NCBI GenBank assembly: GCA_001799695.1
Contig: MGTY01000063.1
Span: forward strand, 23,255-87,254
DNA length: 64,000 bases
Direction of reading: 5' to 3'
DNA from: Elusimicrobia bacterium GWA2_69_24
GTDB lineage: Bacteria > Elusimicrobiota > Elusimicrobia > UBA1565
The translations under genes and the position numbers were made by a program. Shown in pieces: positions 36,386 through 45,583 of the stretch. The notes beneath the pieces are model-generated. The model searched no databases, had not been told where the DNA came from, and worked only from the letters and a program-made list of their open reading frames with translations. Positions within the stretch are counted from its first letter, which is position 1, and every line of letters starts with the position of its first letter.

Positions 36386-37110
36386 TGGGACCTGAAGTTC
36401 ACAACGAGGCGCTCGAGAAGGCGCTGCGGGAATCGGCCGGAGGCTGCACGGAAGAACTCCGCAGCCGGATATTCTCCGAGCTCCTGCGCGGCCGGCTCAT
36501 CGTCGAAGTGGCGGGCCCGCCGGCCGGGCCGCAGGCCGGGCTCTCCCTGATCGGGGTCCGCGGCCCGGACGGGCGCCGCGGCTTGCCGGTGTTCACGAGC
36601 CGCGAACGGCTCACCCTCTGGAAGCCGGAGGCCGGCCACGCGGCCGCCATCCCGGCTCAGGGGCTTTTCGGCATGGCCCGGGACGCCGGCTTCGACGCGA
36701 TCGTCGTCAATCTCCCGGACCCGGCTTGGGAGATATCCAAGGCGGACGCCGCGCTCCTCGCGCAGGGCCAGGTCCCGGGGCCCCGGGACGCCCAGGTCCG
36801 CTGCGAGATCCGTCCGGCCCCGGCGGCGCTCCCCGCGGCCGCCCTCGACTTCGCGCGTGGCAAGCTGATCACCCTTCCCGAAGTATCCTGCGCCTATTTC
36901 TTCACGCTGGCGTTCGCCGATTCCCCTCCCGGCCTGGCGCTCGGAGTGGGGCTCTCCATCCATCCAGAGACCTGGAAGTCCGCCTGCGGCGCCATCGAGA
37001 AGTCCCTGGCCGGCATGCCCCCGCTCGCCGAAGGGTTCCGCGTCATCCCCCTGGAGAAAGAGATGCTCAAGGCGGTGCGCCGGCTGGGGCTGCGCGTGCT
37101 GGACCGCTGA
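36385..37110 (+). CDS. SseB family protein
   Basis: TGATG overlap and GGAGG RBS; LPVFTS, IVVN and a C-terminal SseB-C-like region. Confidence 0.7.
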   Translation: MGPEVHNEALEKALRESAGGCTEELRSRIFSELLRGRLIVEVAGPPAGPQAGLSLIGVRGPDGRRGLPVFTSRERLTLWKPEAGHAAAIPAQGLFGMARDAGFDAIVVNLPDPAWEISKADAALLAQGQVPGPRDAQVRCEIRPAPAALPAAALDFARGKLITLPEVSCAYFFTLAFADSPPGLALGVGLSIHPETWKSACGAIEKSLAGMPPLAEGFRVIPLEKEMLKAVRRLGLRVLDR

Positions 37111-37111
37111 C

Positions 37112-37200
37112 GCGCCGTTCGGCCCAAGCCGGCATGGGCCAAATACCTCTTCTCGCGGGGCCTACGGACCCCGGCGCATCCGCGCCGCATCGGCTATCCT
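37112..37200 (+). promoter_or_regulatory. triple-box promoter (GGGCC-N3-GGnCCC-like boxes plus -10)
   Basis: Boxes at 37112, 37136 and 37158; TATCCT 37 bp after the start of the last box; similar geometry at 43935 and 52810. Confidence 0.5.
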
Positions 37201-37210
37201 GACAGCGCAC

Positions 37211-39430
37211 ATGCTTAAAAGGGCGCTATCCGCGCTGCTCTGCCTGTCGCTGGGCGGCCAGACCGCTTTCGCCGGGATCGTCACCGGCGTGGCGCGCCTC
37301 CCCGCCTCCGGCCCGACCTCCTCCCCGGCGGTCGTCCTGAACCTCTCCGGCCTGGCGCCGGGCGCGCTCCTCGCGCCCGCGGCGTTCGGCCCGGCGTCCT
37401 TGGGGAACTCCCCCCTCTTCCTGCCGCAGCCGCTCTCGTCCATCCGTACGGACCCTTCCCGCGCCATCGTCCCGGCGGCGGCCCTGGGGTCGCCGAGCTC
37501 CGCGCGCGGAGTCTCCGCTTCCTTTGCGGGTGCCGCGATGAAAACCCCGGCCCAGGCCGCGGCGCCCGGACAGTCCGCCCCCGCGCCCGAGAAGGACCCG
37601 GTCGGCCGCCGGCTGTCTTCCATCGAGTCCGAGGTGCGCAAGGCCGGGGAGTCCCTCGCCTCCGAATCCGGCGAGGACGCGCACTCCGCGGCGGACCTGG
37701 GGTTCCGGGCCTTGACCGGCGAGAAGGGGATCGACGCCGCCGCGGAAGTCCCGGTGCCCGCGGGCCCGGCCCACGGCTCCCCGCGGCTCCAAGCTCCGGG
37801 GACGGACCCCTCCGGGGATACTGCCGCCGCGCAGACGCCGGAGGACGTCCCCGCCCCGCGAGCCTCCCTGGCCGGGAGCCTGCGCGCCCGGCTGCGGGTC
37901 TTCGCCGACGACGAGCGCAACCGCTCCTTCTGGCGCTACCTGGCGGGCTACGCCACCTACCTCGTCGGCGTGGAGATGTACATCGTCGGCCTGCCGTTTT
38001 TGATCTCCTCGTTCACGCGCAACACCCTGCGGGAGAACGGCGACCTGCGGGCCGCCAACGCGGAAGCTCTCCAGGCCCTGGTCCGGGAGAACCGCAGCCT
38101 GGCCCGCATCGCCCATTGGACCTCCCAGGCGGTCAGCTACGTCTGCGTGCCCCTGTTCGCGCGCGATGCCGAGGCGGGCCCCCGGAAATGGCTCCTGCGC
38201 TCCTCCTTCATCCGCGTCGGCCTGCTGTCGCTCATCCCGGCGGTGTTCTTCGCCTCGGGCATCTTCTCGGTGCAGGCCGCGGCCTGGACCCTGTTCGGCA
38301 TCATCGCGGTGCACTCCTTCTTCCTCGGCATATTCGCCACCATGGAGGCCGGCACCACCACCAAGATCATCGGGGACAAGAGCGTCACCCCGGCCGAGCG
38401 CATGAAGGCGAACGCCCTGTTGACCCTGGTGGCCGCCGCCATCGCCGTCGTCGCCCCGGCCTTCGCGGGGCCGCTCGCCCACATCGGCAACCTGTTCGGC
38501 AAGGAGGGGGTCGGGGGGGCGGTCATCTTCGGCATCTACGCCCTTACCGTGGGCATCGCCGGGCTGATCTTCGCCGGGATCGGCATCATCGGACGGAAGG
38601 CCATGGCGCGGCAGGAGACCGCCGGCAGGGAGACCGCGCCCGCCGAGGCGGCCAAGCCCCATATCGTGAAGGACCTGTGGTCCGCGCTCCAGGACGGGAC
38701 CCGCCTCATCCTCAAGAGCCGCTTCCTGCGCACGATGCTGCTCCTCAACCTGGTCGTCTCGCTGTTCTCCGACCCCCTCATCTTCAACGTCCTCCCGGAA
38801 TTCGTCGAAGGACTGCTCAAGGCGAACCCCGCGGCCGTAGACGGCCTGCTGGGCGTCCCGGTGCTCGGCTGGTTCGTCAAGAGCCTGAGCACCACCCCCA
38901 TGGGCTATTTCGGCCTGCTGGTGGCCGCCGGAAGCTTCGGCAGCATACTCGCCAGCCTGCTCCTCAAGCCGCTGCGCAGGCTCTTTCTCAGGCTCGGGTT
39001 CAAAACGGAGGAGTCGCTCACCATCCCCTTCTATCTTCTGGCGGCCCTGGAGGTCCCGGCGTTCTGGGCCATGACCCTGCTGCCCGGGGTCTGGAGCGTG
39101 CTGGGACTCTACGCCTTCCAGCTCTTCGCCGTCAGCTTCGCGAGCATGATCATCATGGGCATCCATCAGAAGACGCTGGGCGCCTACTCCGCCTCGGACC
39201 TCAACAAGGTCCTCGCCGCGGAGTCCTTCCTGACCATACTCGCGGCCATCGCCTCTACGTGGTTCTACGGATTCGTCCTCACCGACATCTCCATCCGCAC
39301 CGCGCTGCTCATCGCGGCCGGAGCCACCACCGTCATGGGGGCCCTGCACGCCGCGGCCCCCTGGATGTTCTTCACCAAGGAGCAGCGCCGGGGCACGAAA
39401 GCCTCCCGCAGCGACCTCATCGACGCGTAG
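37211..39430 (+). CDS. MFS transporter with signal peptide and long low-complexity N-terminal extension
   Basis: About 12 hydrophobic helices after residue ~235; ERMKANALL...VVAPAFAG MFS motif; Ala/Pro/Ser-rich leader. Confidence 0.8.
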   Translation: MLKRALSALLCLSLGGQTAFAGIVTGVARLPASGPTSSPAVVLNLSGLAPGALLAPAAFGPASLGNSPLFLPQPLSSIRTDPSRAIVPAAALGSPSSARGVSASFAGAAMKTPAQAAAPGQSAPAPEKDPVGRRLSSIESEVRKAGESLASESGEDAHSAADLGFRALTGEKGIDAAAEVPVPAGPAHGSPRLQAPGTDPSGDTAAAQTPEDVPAPRASLAGSLRARLRVFADDERNRSFWRYLAGYATYLVGVEMYIVGLPFLISSFTRNTLRENGDLRAANAEALQALVRENRSLARIAHWTSQAVSYVCVPLFARDAEAGPRKWLLRSSFIRVGLLSLIPAVFFASGIFSVQAAAWTLFGIIAVHSFFLGIFATMEAGTTTKIIGDKSVTPAERMKANALLTLVAAAIAVVAPAFAGPLAHIGNLFGKEGVGGAVIFGIYALTVGIAGLIFAGIGIIGRKAMARQETAGRETAPAEAAKPHIVKDLWSALQDGTRLILKSRFLRTMLLLNLVVSLFSDPLIFNVLPEFVEGLLKANPAAVDGLLGVPVLGWFVKSLSTTPMGYFGLLVAAGSFGSILASLLLKPLRRLFLRLGFKTEESLTIPFYLLAALEVPAFWAMTLLPGVWSVLGLYAFQLFAVSFASMIIMGIHQKTLGAYSASDLNKVLAAESFLTILAAIASTWFYGFVLTDISIRTALLIAAGATTVMGALHAAAPWMFFTKEQRRGTKASRSDLIDA
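39350..39430 (+). repeat. 81-bp direct repeat, left copy (3' end of the MFS gene)
   Basis: First 69 bp identical to 42636-42704; 77/81 overall. Confidence 0.95.
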
Positions 39431-39459
39431 GGAGACTAGGCTGCCCTTCGGTCTCACGA

Positions 39460-39969
39460 CTACGGCGTTTCGTCTTTGCCCCCTTCCAGCGAGCGCGACA
39501 ACCGGAGGCAGTAGAGCAGCGGGAGAGCGCCGAAAATACCGAAGGAACAGTCGAGCAGCCTCCAGTAGAAGGGGATCCCGCGCAGGGGCCCGGCGATGAG
39601 CGCCACCGGGAGGACCAAGGCGCAGCAAACCACGCCCGCCTGCAGCACCCACCGGTTCCTGGTCGGATCGCGCAGCGGCCCGATGAAGAATATCGCGATG
39701 GCGACGTGGGCGAAACCCAGCCAATCCGTTCCGTACGCGATCCACGGATATGCGGCGTAACTGCGCTCAAGACCCACACGGACCGTCGCGATCCACAGGC
39801 GCAACCCGCCCAAACTCTCCATCGGAGCATCGGCCGCGATTCCCAGCATTGCGGACAGGAACCCGAGCTCGCGCGACAGAGGGAAGGCCGTCAGGCCGCT
39901 CAGGATAAGCCCAACGATGAAGACAATGAGCGCCGCGCGATAGCGAACGATCAAAGCGGAGCGGTCCAT
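39460..39969 (-). CDS. conserved hypothetical membrane protein
   Basis: Hydrophobic helices; YGTDWLGFAH and RGIPFYWRLLDCSFG motifs. Confidence 0.75.
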   Translation of the reverse strand: MDRSALIVRYRAALIVFIVGLILSGLTAFPLSRELGFLSAMLGIAADAPMESLGGLRLWIATVRVGLERSYAAYPWIAYGTDWLGFAHVAIAIFFIGPLRDPTRNRWVLQAGVVCCALVLPVALIAGPLRGIPFYWRLLDCSFGIFGALPLLYCLRLSRSLEGGKDETP

Positions 39970-40009
39970 GCCTGCCACGCAACCAGAGTAATACGGAACA
40001 GCGCAGCCG

Positions 40010-41587
40010 TCAAGGGAGCGCATCTACTTTCGATTTTCCCGATCTCCCGGCGAGTCCTGCCGACTCGGCGACCAGCTGAGCCGCGCCGCGCGTCGAGTTT
40101 CCGGCCTCCACGCCGTCCTGCGGCGCCCCCCAGAACCGCTCCAGTGTCGGCCCAGTCGCCGTGTGCCGATCCCGGAGCAACCAGCTGCCGATCTCGTACG
40201 GCCAGACGCGGCGGCCCATCTCGCCGTACCAACGCATGGCGTGACGAAGCTTTCGGTCGGGCTGCAGGAAGGTGCGCCATAAGGCCTTGGGCCGAAGCTG
40301 CACCAGGGCCTCGATCAGCTTCACCCACAATAGGACGCGCCAGGGAGCCACGTTTCTCGTGGAGAGCACTTGATGCTTGTAGTCCCAGAGGCTTTGGTCG
40401 GTTTGAATGACTAGCCGCCCGCCGGCCAGGCGGGAATAGGGAGTCCAGCGATGCGGCGTGACATAGAGCGCTTGCAGCTGATCCGGGTCATACGACAGCA
40501 ACTGCCGCAAGCCCCTCCAATAATCGGCATCAGTCTCCTCCTCGAAACCCACGACCCACGTCGACATAGACAAGATGCCGTTCTCGCGCAGAAGACGGAT
40601 GGCCTCGCGGTCCTTCGTAGTGGTGCCTCCCTTTCGGATCACCTTGAGCGTCGCTTCGTTGGTGTTTTCCATCCCCAGGAGAAATCGTATCCAGCCGGCT
40701 TTCTTGTAACGTGGGAGGATGTCGGCATCTCGCACGATGTCGTCGGCGCGGGTCGAACCGACGAGCGTCAGATCGACGCCTTCGGCGATCAGGGCCTCCA
40801 GGAATTCACGCCATACTTCCCTTGCGGATGTGGGGTTCTCATCGGCGAAGTTGACCACTTCGACCCCGTGCGCGCGATGCAGCCAAGCGAGCTCGGCCGC
40901 GAACTTCTTTGGGTCGCGGTGCCGCCACTGAGTCCAGAAACCGCGCTGGCCGCAATAATTGCACCGGTGCGGACAACCGCGCGAGAACTGGACCACGACG
41001 GCGCGCCTGCCGCCCCAATAGCTGTAGCGGCGGAAATCGATCAGTTCCCAGCCGATGCGGTAAGAATCCAGGTCACCGATCATGGGGGCCAGGGGAGTGG
41101 CGCGCGCTTTGCCGTCTTGCCTGATCGCGATCCCCGGGATATCACCCAATGGGCCGCGGCTCGCGATGGCGTTGACCAAACGCAGTGCCGTCTCTTCTCC
41201 TTCGCCGCGCACGATGACGTCGACCTGGGGCTCTTCGCACAGTATCTCCCGCCAATGGTATGTGGGGAACACCCCTCCGTAGATGATCCACGAATCCGGG
41301 AGCGCGGTCCTGACTGCGCGGCTCAGTTCCGCGATGATGGGATGACCCGATGTCGAGCCGGAATGCCCGAAGAGCACCGCGTCGGGAGCGTACGCGACGG
41401 CCTCTTGGATGATCCGGGACTTGGGCATAGGGCCGAACTCAGCGTCGAGAAGCCTGACGTCGTGGCCTGCGTCCAACAGCGGGCCGCCAACGGCAAGGAG
41501 TCCAAGCGGCGGGAGGTGATCGTCCGGGATCCGGCTCCCGATCGAAGGATGAGGCGCGTTGATGAGCAGGATGCGCAGAGGGCTCAT
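40010..41587 (-). CDS. bchE: BchE-like cobalamin-dependent radical SAM protein (anaerobic oxidative cyclase family)
   Basis: GGVFPT, GEGE, SRGCPHRCNYCGQRGFW, FADENPT, TRADDIVRD and YVTPHRWTP; symbol reflects family resemblance only. Confidence 0.75.
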   Translation of the reverse strand: MSPLRILLINAPHPSIGSRIPDDHLPPLGLLAVGGPLLDAGHDVRLLDAEFGPMPKSRIIQEAVAYAPDAVLFGHSGSTSGHPIIAELSRAVRTALPDSWIIYGGVFPTYHWREILCEEPQVDVIVRGEGEETALRLVNAIASRGPLGDIPGIAIRQDGKARATPLAPMIGDLDSYRIGWELIDFRRYSYWGGRRAVVVQFSRGCPHRCNYCGQRGFWTQWRHRDPKKFAAELAWLHRAHGVEVVNFADENPTSAREVWREFLEALIAEGVDLTLVGSTRADDIVRDADILPRYKKAGWIRFLLGMENTNEATLKVIRKGGTTTKDREAIRLLRENGILSMSTWVVGFEEETDADYWRGLRQLLSYDPDQLQALYVTPHRWTPYSRLAGGRLVIQTDQSLWDYKHQVLSTRNVAPWRVLLWVKLIEALVQLRPKALWRTFLQPDRKLRHAMRWYGEMGRRVWPYEIGSWLLRDRHTATGPTLERFWGAPQDGVEAGNSTRGAAQLVAESAGLAGRSGKSKVDALP

Positions 41588-41820
41588 GACGGCTTCCATT
41601 TGGCCTCCTCCCGGCGCCTGTGCTCGCGGAGCCCTGCCCAGGCCTTCGTGAGCGCGACAAACGCCTCAGACGTCGCCGGGTGTCGGCTTCTCTCCTCCCA
41701 GACGAAGGTGATGGCGGTGGTCAGACCGTCGCAATAGGCCTTCTGGCTCTTTGCGACGGGCGCGCCCACGACCGGCTCCGCCGTGCCCGGCCTTTCGACT
41801 CCGTTCAGGTTTCCATCCAT
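41584..41820 (-). CDS. small hypothetical protein
   Basis: GGAGG RBS; ATGA coupling with the bchE-like gene. Confidence 0.5.
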   Translation of the reverse strand: MDGNLNGVERPGTAEPVVGAPVAKSQKAYCDGLTTAITFVWEERSRHPATSEAFVALTKAWAGLREHRRREEAKWKPS

Positions 41821-41978
41821 GGCACCTCCCTGCGGCTCTTCTGCGAGCGACGACGCTGCCAGTCCTCGATCAGGATCCCCGCGCAGATCAGCAGGAGCGT
41901 CGGGAGGGACGTCGCGAGCCCGGCCAGCTTCAGGCCGCGCTCCACGAGTCCGTAGGCAGGGTCGCTCTTTATGGTCAT
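41805..41978 (-). CDS. small hypothetical membrane peptide (57 aa)
   Basis: One hydrophobic helix; first ORF after an operator-bearing intergenic region; overlaps the next start. Confidence 0.4.
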   Translation of the reverse strand: MTIKSDPAYGLVERGLKLAGLATSLPTLLLICAGILIEDWQRRRSQKSRREVPWMET

Positions 41979-41988
41979 ATTTCTGTGC

Positions 41989-42006
41989 TTCCTGTAGCGA
42001 CTGAAA
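41989..42006. promoter_or_regulatory. putative GbsR/MarR operator
   Basis: TTCCTG-N6-CTGAAA, resembling the palindrome over the regulator's own promoter (42570-42587). Confidence 0.55.
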
Positions 42007-42023
42007 TATACATCCAAAAAAAA

Positions 42024-42557
42024 TCAGCCCTTCAGGCCCAACAAACCGATCGCCTTGCCCCCCAACGCGAGAAACCGACGGATCATCGGCGTCGGCAGGC
42101 GACGCAGCTCCTCGTACCAACGCGAAAACACCTCAAAGAAGCCCAGCATTTCCTGCACGCGGTGCTTGGCGTAGGTTCCGTCCGGACTGCCATCGTCCAA
42201 ATCCGCGGCCGCCTCCTTAAGGATGCGCATCCAGGGATCGATCTCCCGCCGCTTCTGCTCCGCGACCACGGTTCGCATCATCTCCCAAACGTCCGGCAGG
42301 CACTCGAAATATTCCCGTCGGCTGCCCAGGACGTGGACCGTCTTCACAATGCCCCAACTCTGCAGCTCCTTGAGGCTGTTGCTCACATGCGAACGGGCCA
42401 CCGACAGTGTCTTAGATATCTCCTCGGCGTCCAGGGGCTTGGGCGACAGGAAGAGCAGGCCGTGGATCTGGCACTCCGTGCGGTTGAGACCCCAATGGCT
42501 GGCCATTTCACCGTACCGCGTCAGGAACCTCTGGGTCCTCTCGGAGAGTTGCGGCAT
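42024..42557 (-). CDS. GbsR/MarR family transcriptional regulator
   Basis: GEMASHWGLNRT, VARSHVSNSLKELQSWG and RREIDP motifs. Confidence 0.9.
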   Translation of the reverse strand: MPQLSERTQRFLTRYGEMASHWGLNRTECQIHGLLFLSPKPLDAEEISKTLSVARSHVSNSLKELQSWGIVKTVHVLGSRREYFECLPDVWEMMRTVVAEQKRREIDPWMRILKEAAADLDDGSPDGTYAKHRVQEMLGFFEVFSRWYEELRRLPTPMIRRFLALGGKAIGLLGLKG

Positions 42558-42569
42558 GGATTTCTCTTA

Positions 42570-42604
42570 TTTCTGAGTATACAGGAAGTTCAATAAATTG
42601 TCAA
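42570..42604 (-). promoter_or_regulatory. sigma70 promoter with overlapping operator
   Basis: TTGACA-N17-TATACT; TTTCTG-N6-CAGGAA palindrome centred on the -10. Confidence 0.8.
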
Positions 42605-42635
42605 GGGCCCCGGGGGGTGTTGGCCGATGGTCCCA

Positions 42636-42716
42636 GCCGCGGCCCCCTGGATGTTCTTCACCAAGGAGCAGCGCCGGGGCACGAAAGCCTCCCGCAGCGA
42701 CCTCGTCGACACCTAA
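42636..42716 (+). repeat. 81-bp direct repeat, right copy (orphaned MFS 3' end)
   Basis: Encodes AAAPWMFFTKEQRRGTKASRSDLVDT* versus ...SDLIDA* in the intact gene. Confidence 0.95.
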
Positions 42717-43903
42717 GCCGCTTCGGGGGGAACGACGGGGAAGGCGACGGTGAAGCGGGAGCCCCGGCCCGGACCGCGGCTGGAGGCCGATATCGAGCCG
42801 CCGTGCAGCTCCACCAGCCGGCGCACGATGGCGAGCCCGACGCCCAACCCGCCGTGTTCTCGGGTCAGGGCATCCTCGGCCTGGAGGAAGGGCGCGTACA
42901 TCCGCTCCAGGAACCGCGGCGCGATCCCGGCGCCGGAGTCCGTCACGGTGACCCGGACGGCGGCGCCCTTCGCGGACAGGCCGACTCTCACGGCCTGCCC
43001 CTTCTTCGAGAACCGGATGGCGTTGTCCAGGAGGTTCCCGAACACCTGCTGCAGCCTCCCGGCGTCGCCCAGGACCCGCGCCGCGGGCGCGGCGGGGGGC
43101 AGGACGAGTCGCACCCGGCGCGCCGCGGCGGCGGGACGCGCCGCATCCGCCGCGGCGCGCAGCACCTCGGACAGTCCGAGGACCCGCCGCTCCAACGTCA
43201 TCTTGCCGGACAGGAGGTGCGTGACGTCGAGCAGTTCCTCGACGATCTTCGAAAGCGCCTTGATGTCATCGGCGATGGAGTCCAGGGCGCCGCGAGCCTC
43301 GACGCTGTCCAGGGACTTGTTGCGCAGCAGCCAGGTCCAGCCCAGCATGCCGGTCAAAGGGGTGCGCAGCTCGTGGGACACGATGGCCAGGAACTGGTCC
43401 TTGGAGCGGTTGGATTCCTCGGCCGCGAGGCGGGCCGCCGTCTCCGCCTCGAACAGGCGCTGGCGGTCCTCCTCCATCCGCTTGCGCTCGGTGATGTCCA
43501 TGAACGCGCCCACGATCCCGGCCGCCGCGCCGTTCTCGTCGCGGAACACATCTTTGGCGTAGATGACCGGACGGTCGCAGCCGTCCTTGTCCCGGACCTT
43601 GAACTCATAGACCTGACGGGCGGGATGGCGCAGCAGCTCGAGGTCCTTGCGGTGGTATATCCGCGCATGCTCTCCGGGCCAGAGCTCGTAGACCGTCTTC
43701 CCCCGGATCTCCTCGGCGGTCACGCCCATCACCTCGGTGAAAGCGTTGTTGCAGCCCAGATACCGGCCCTTCGCGTCCTTGTAGAAGACGGGGTTGGGGA
43801 TCGCGGAAAGGAGCGCCTGGGTGAACAGCTCCTTCTCCCGCACCTTGGACTGCAAAGCGACCCTCTGCCTCTCGGCGGCGGAACTTCGCCCCCTGGACTT
43901 CAT
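42713..43903 (-). CDS. PAS domain sensor histidine kinase (cytoplasmic)
   Basis: PAS/PAC (VFYKDAKGRYLGCN...DITERK), H-box SHELRTPL, NLLDNA, DSGAGI and GGLGVGL. Confidence 0.92.
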   Translation of the reverse strand: MKSRGRSSAAERQRVALQSKVREKELFTQALLSAIPNPVFYKDAKGRYLGCNNAFTEVMGVTAEEIRGKTVYELWPGEHARIYHRKDLELLRHPARQVYEFKVRDKDGCDRPVIYAKDVFRDENGAAAGIVGAFMDITERKRMEEDRQRLFEAETAARLAAEESNRSKDQFLAIVSHELRTPLTGMLGWTWLLRNKSLDSVEARGALDSIADDIKALSKIVEELLDVTHLLSGKMTLERRVLGLSEVLRAAADAARPAAAARRVRLVLPPAAPAARVLGDAGRLQQVFGNLLDNAIRFSKKGQAVRVGLSAKGAAVRVTVTDSGAGIAPRFLERMYAPFLQAEDALTREHGGLGVGLAIVRRLVELHGGSISASSRGPGRGSRFTVAFPVVPPEAA

Positions 43904-43934
43904 GGTCCCCCAATCATAGCACGAACCGGCTTCT

Positions 43935-44024
43935 GGGCCGATGGTCCCAACCCGCCGCCTGTCCACTGCCTCCGGTCGATGGGGCCCTTGGTCTCATACC
44001 CCTTTTCCGCATGACGGATAAACT
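43935..44024 (+). promoter_or_regulatory. triple-box promoter (GGGCC-N3-GGnCCC-like boxes plus -10)
   Basis: GGGCCGATGGTCCC at 43935, a weak box near 43959, GGGCCCTTGGTCTC at 43982; TAAACT 37 bp after the start of the last box. Confidence 0.5.
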
Positions 44025-44035
44025 ATGACTACGAT

Positions 44036-45580
44036 ATGACATCCCGCTTCCTATTCCTGGCGCTGCTGCTGCCCGTCGGAACCGAGGTCCATGCCCAGCG
44101 CGCGGCCCCGGTCCGCATCGACGCCTCCGCCGGCCTCTCGCCCATCGTCCCGGGACTCCAGTCCCCCATACTCTCCTTGGGGTCCCTGTCGCAGACGTCT
44201 TTGCTCACCCCCGCTTTGAATCAGCCGTCCGCCCTGCCGTCGCTATCTCTGCACGGGCTCGTCCCCGCCCTCGCGCGGCCCCTCCCCTCCGCGGGAGGAA
44301 CACTTCTCCGCCCCTGGGCCGCCGCCGTGTCCCCCGCCGCCGCGGTGCCTGCGGTCGTACCCGCGGCCGCCCAGAGCGTCCTGTCCAGGACCCTCTCCGG
44401 AATCTTCACCGGCCTCTCCAAGACGGAGCGCGGCGGCGCCGGAGCCGGGAGCATCCTGGGCCAGACCTTCGACGGGAGCCTTCCCGGCAAGGGCGCCGTC
44501 TCCGCCGCGGCCGACACCCCCATCCGTTTCAACGGACGCACCCTGCCGCGCCGGATGTTCACGGACCGGGACGCCATGGGAGACAAGCTGGTCGAAGCCA
44601 TCGACGCCACGCAGGGGAACCTCGACATCGTCATCCTGGAGCTCAAGTTCCGCAAATTCGCCGACGCCCTCATCCGGGCCAAGGCGCGCGGGGTCAAGAT
44701 CCGCGTCATCCTCGACGAGCGCCGCATGTACCCGACCCCGGGGAAGGGGACGCGCTCGCAGGACATCCAGGCCATCATCGACGCGGGGCTCGAGATCCGG
44801 ACCATCCGCGGCAAGCTCCCCTACGGGATGATGCACAACAAGGTCTCCATCCACGACGACAAGCTCATGCTGGCCGGCTCCTTCAACTGGACCCACGCGG
44901 CCGACACCTGGAACTACGAGAACGCGGTCTTCCTCGATGACGCGCACACCATCCGGGGCTTCCAGGACTACTACAAGTGGATCTGGGACCAGTCGCGGGC
45001 GTTCGACCCCCAGCAGAGCGGCCCCAACGAGGACGGCCCCTACAACGGCCTGCCGCCCAAGGACACCGTGCTGCCCGTGCGCTTCCACGGGATGAAGCTC
45101 CCCGCCTACGCCTTCTCCCCCTCCGACGAGCCTCAGAACTGGATCATCAAGGTGCTGGAGAAGGCCGGGAAGTCCCTGGACCTGGCCATGTTCAGCTTCA
45201 CCTCGGTCGAGATCCAGCAGGCCATCGCCGCGGCCCGCGCCCGCGGCGTGCGCGTGCGCATCGTGTTCGACAAGCGCAACGCCCTGGAGATGCGCGAACA
45301 GCGCTGGTTCATCGAGAACGGCTTCGACGTCGTCGTCTCCATGGGGCGCAACAAGGAGCGCGGCGTCCTGCACAATAAGTTCGCGGTGATCGACGGGGAG
45401 CTGGTCCAGACCGGCTCCTACAACTGGACCCAGAACGCGCGGCACAACAACTTCGAGAACATCGTGTTCCTGGACGACGCGGTCTCAGCGGAGCAGTACA
45501 CCGCCTACTTCGAGCGCCTGCGCGCGCAGGGCGAGCTCGCCGACCCGTCGATGCTCCCGCCGCTCCCTCCGCAGCCCTGA
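44036..45580 (+). CDS. exported phospholipase D family protein (two HKD domains, Nuc-like)
   Basis: HNKVSIHD...GSFNW and HNKFAVID...GSYNW; signal peptide plus low-complexity leader. Confidence 0.9.
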   Translation: MTSRFLFLALLLPVGTEVHAQRAAPVRIDASAGLSPIVPGLQSPILSLGSLSQTSLLTPALNQPSALPSLSLHGLVPALARPLPSAGGTLLRPWAAAVSPAAAVPAVVPAAAQSVLSRTLSGIFTGLSKTERGGAGAGSILGQTFDGSLPGKGAVSAAADTPIRFNGRTLPRRMFTDRDAMGDKLVEAIDATQGNLDIVILELKFRKFADALIRAKARGVKIRVILDERRMYPTPGKGTRSQDIQAIIDAGLEIRTIRGKLPYGMMHNKVSIHDDKLMLAGSFNWTHAADTWNYENAVFLDDAHTIRGFQDYYKWIWDQSRAFDPQQSGPNEDGPYNGLPPKDTVLPVRFHGMKLPAYAFSPSDEPQNWIIKVLEKAGKSLDLAMFSFTSVEIQQAIAAARARGVRVRIVFDKRNALEMREQRWFIENGFDVVVSMGRNKERGVLHNKFAVIDGELVQTGSYNWTQNARHNNFENIVFLDDAVSAEQYTAYFERLRAQGELADPSMLPPLPPQP

Positions 45581-45583
45581 GGC

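Larger units (their letters stand above)
39431..42635. mobile_element. 3.2-kb inserted island (lower GC) bounded by 81-bp direct repeats
   Basis: Flanking duplication and visibly different codon usage; no integrase or transposase inside. Confidence 0.7.

Noticed and set aside
37226-39745. 839-aa minus-strand ORF opposite the MFS gene
   Set aside because: Mirror frame of a well-supported membrane protein; no domain signal.
40010-41587. Evidence of phototrophy from the bchE-like gene
   Set aside because: No other bacteriochlorophyll or reaction-centre genes, and it sits on a small inserted island.
44284-44300. 17-bp match (CCCCTCCGCGGGAGGAA) to the 61-bp repeat inside the PLD gene
   Set aside because: Too short and GC-rich to distinguish from chance without a genome-wide count.
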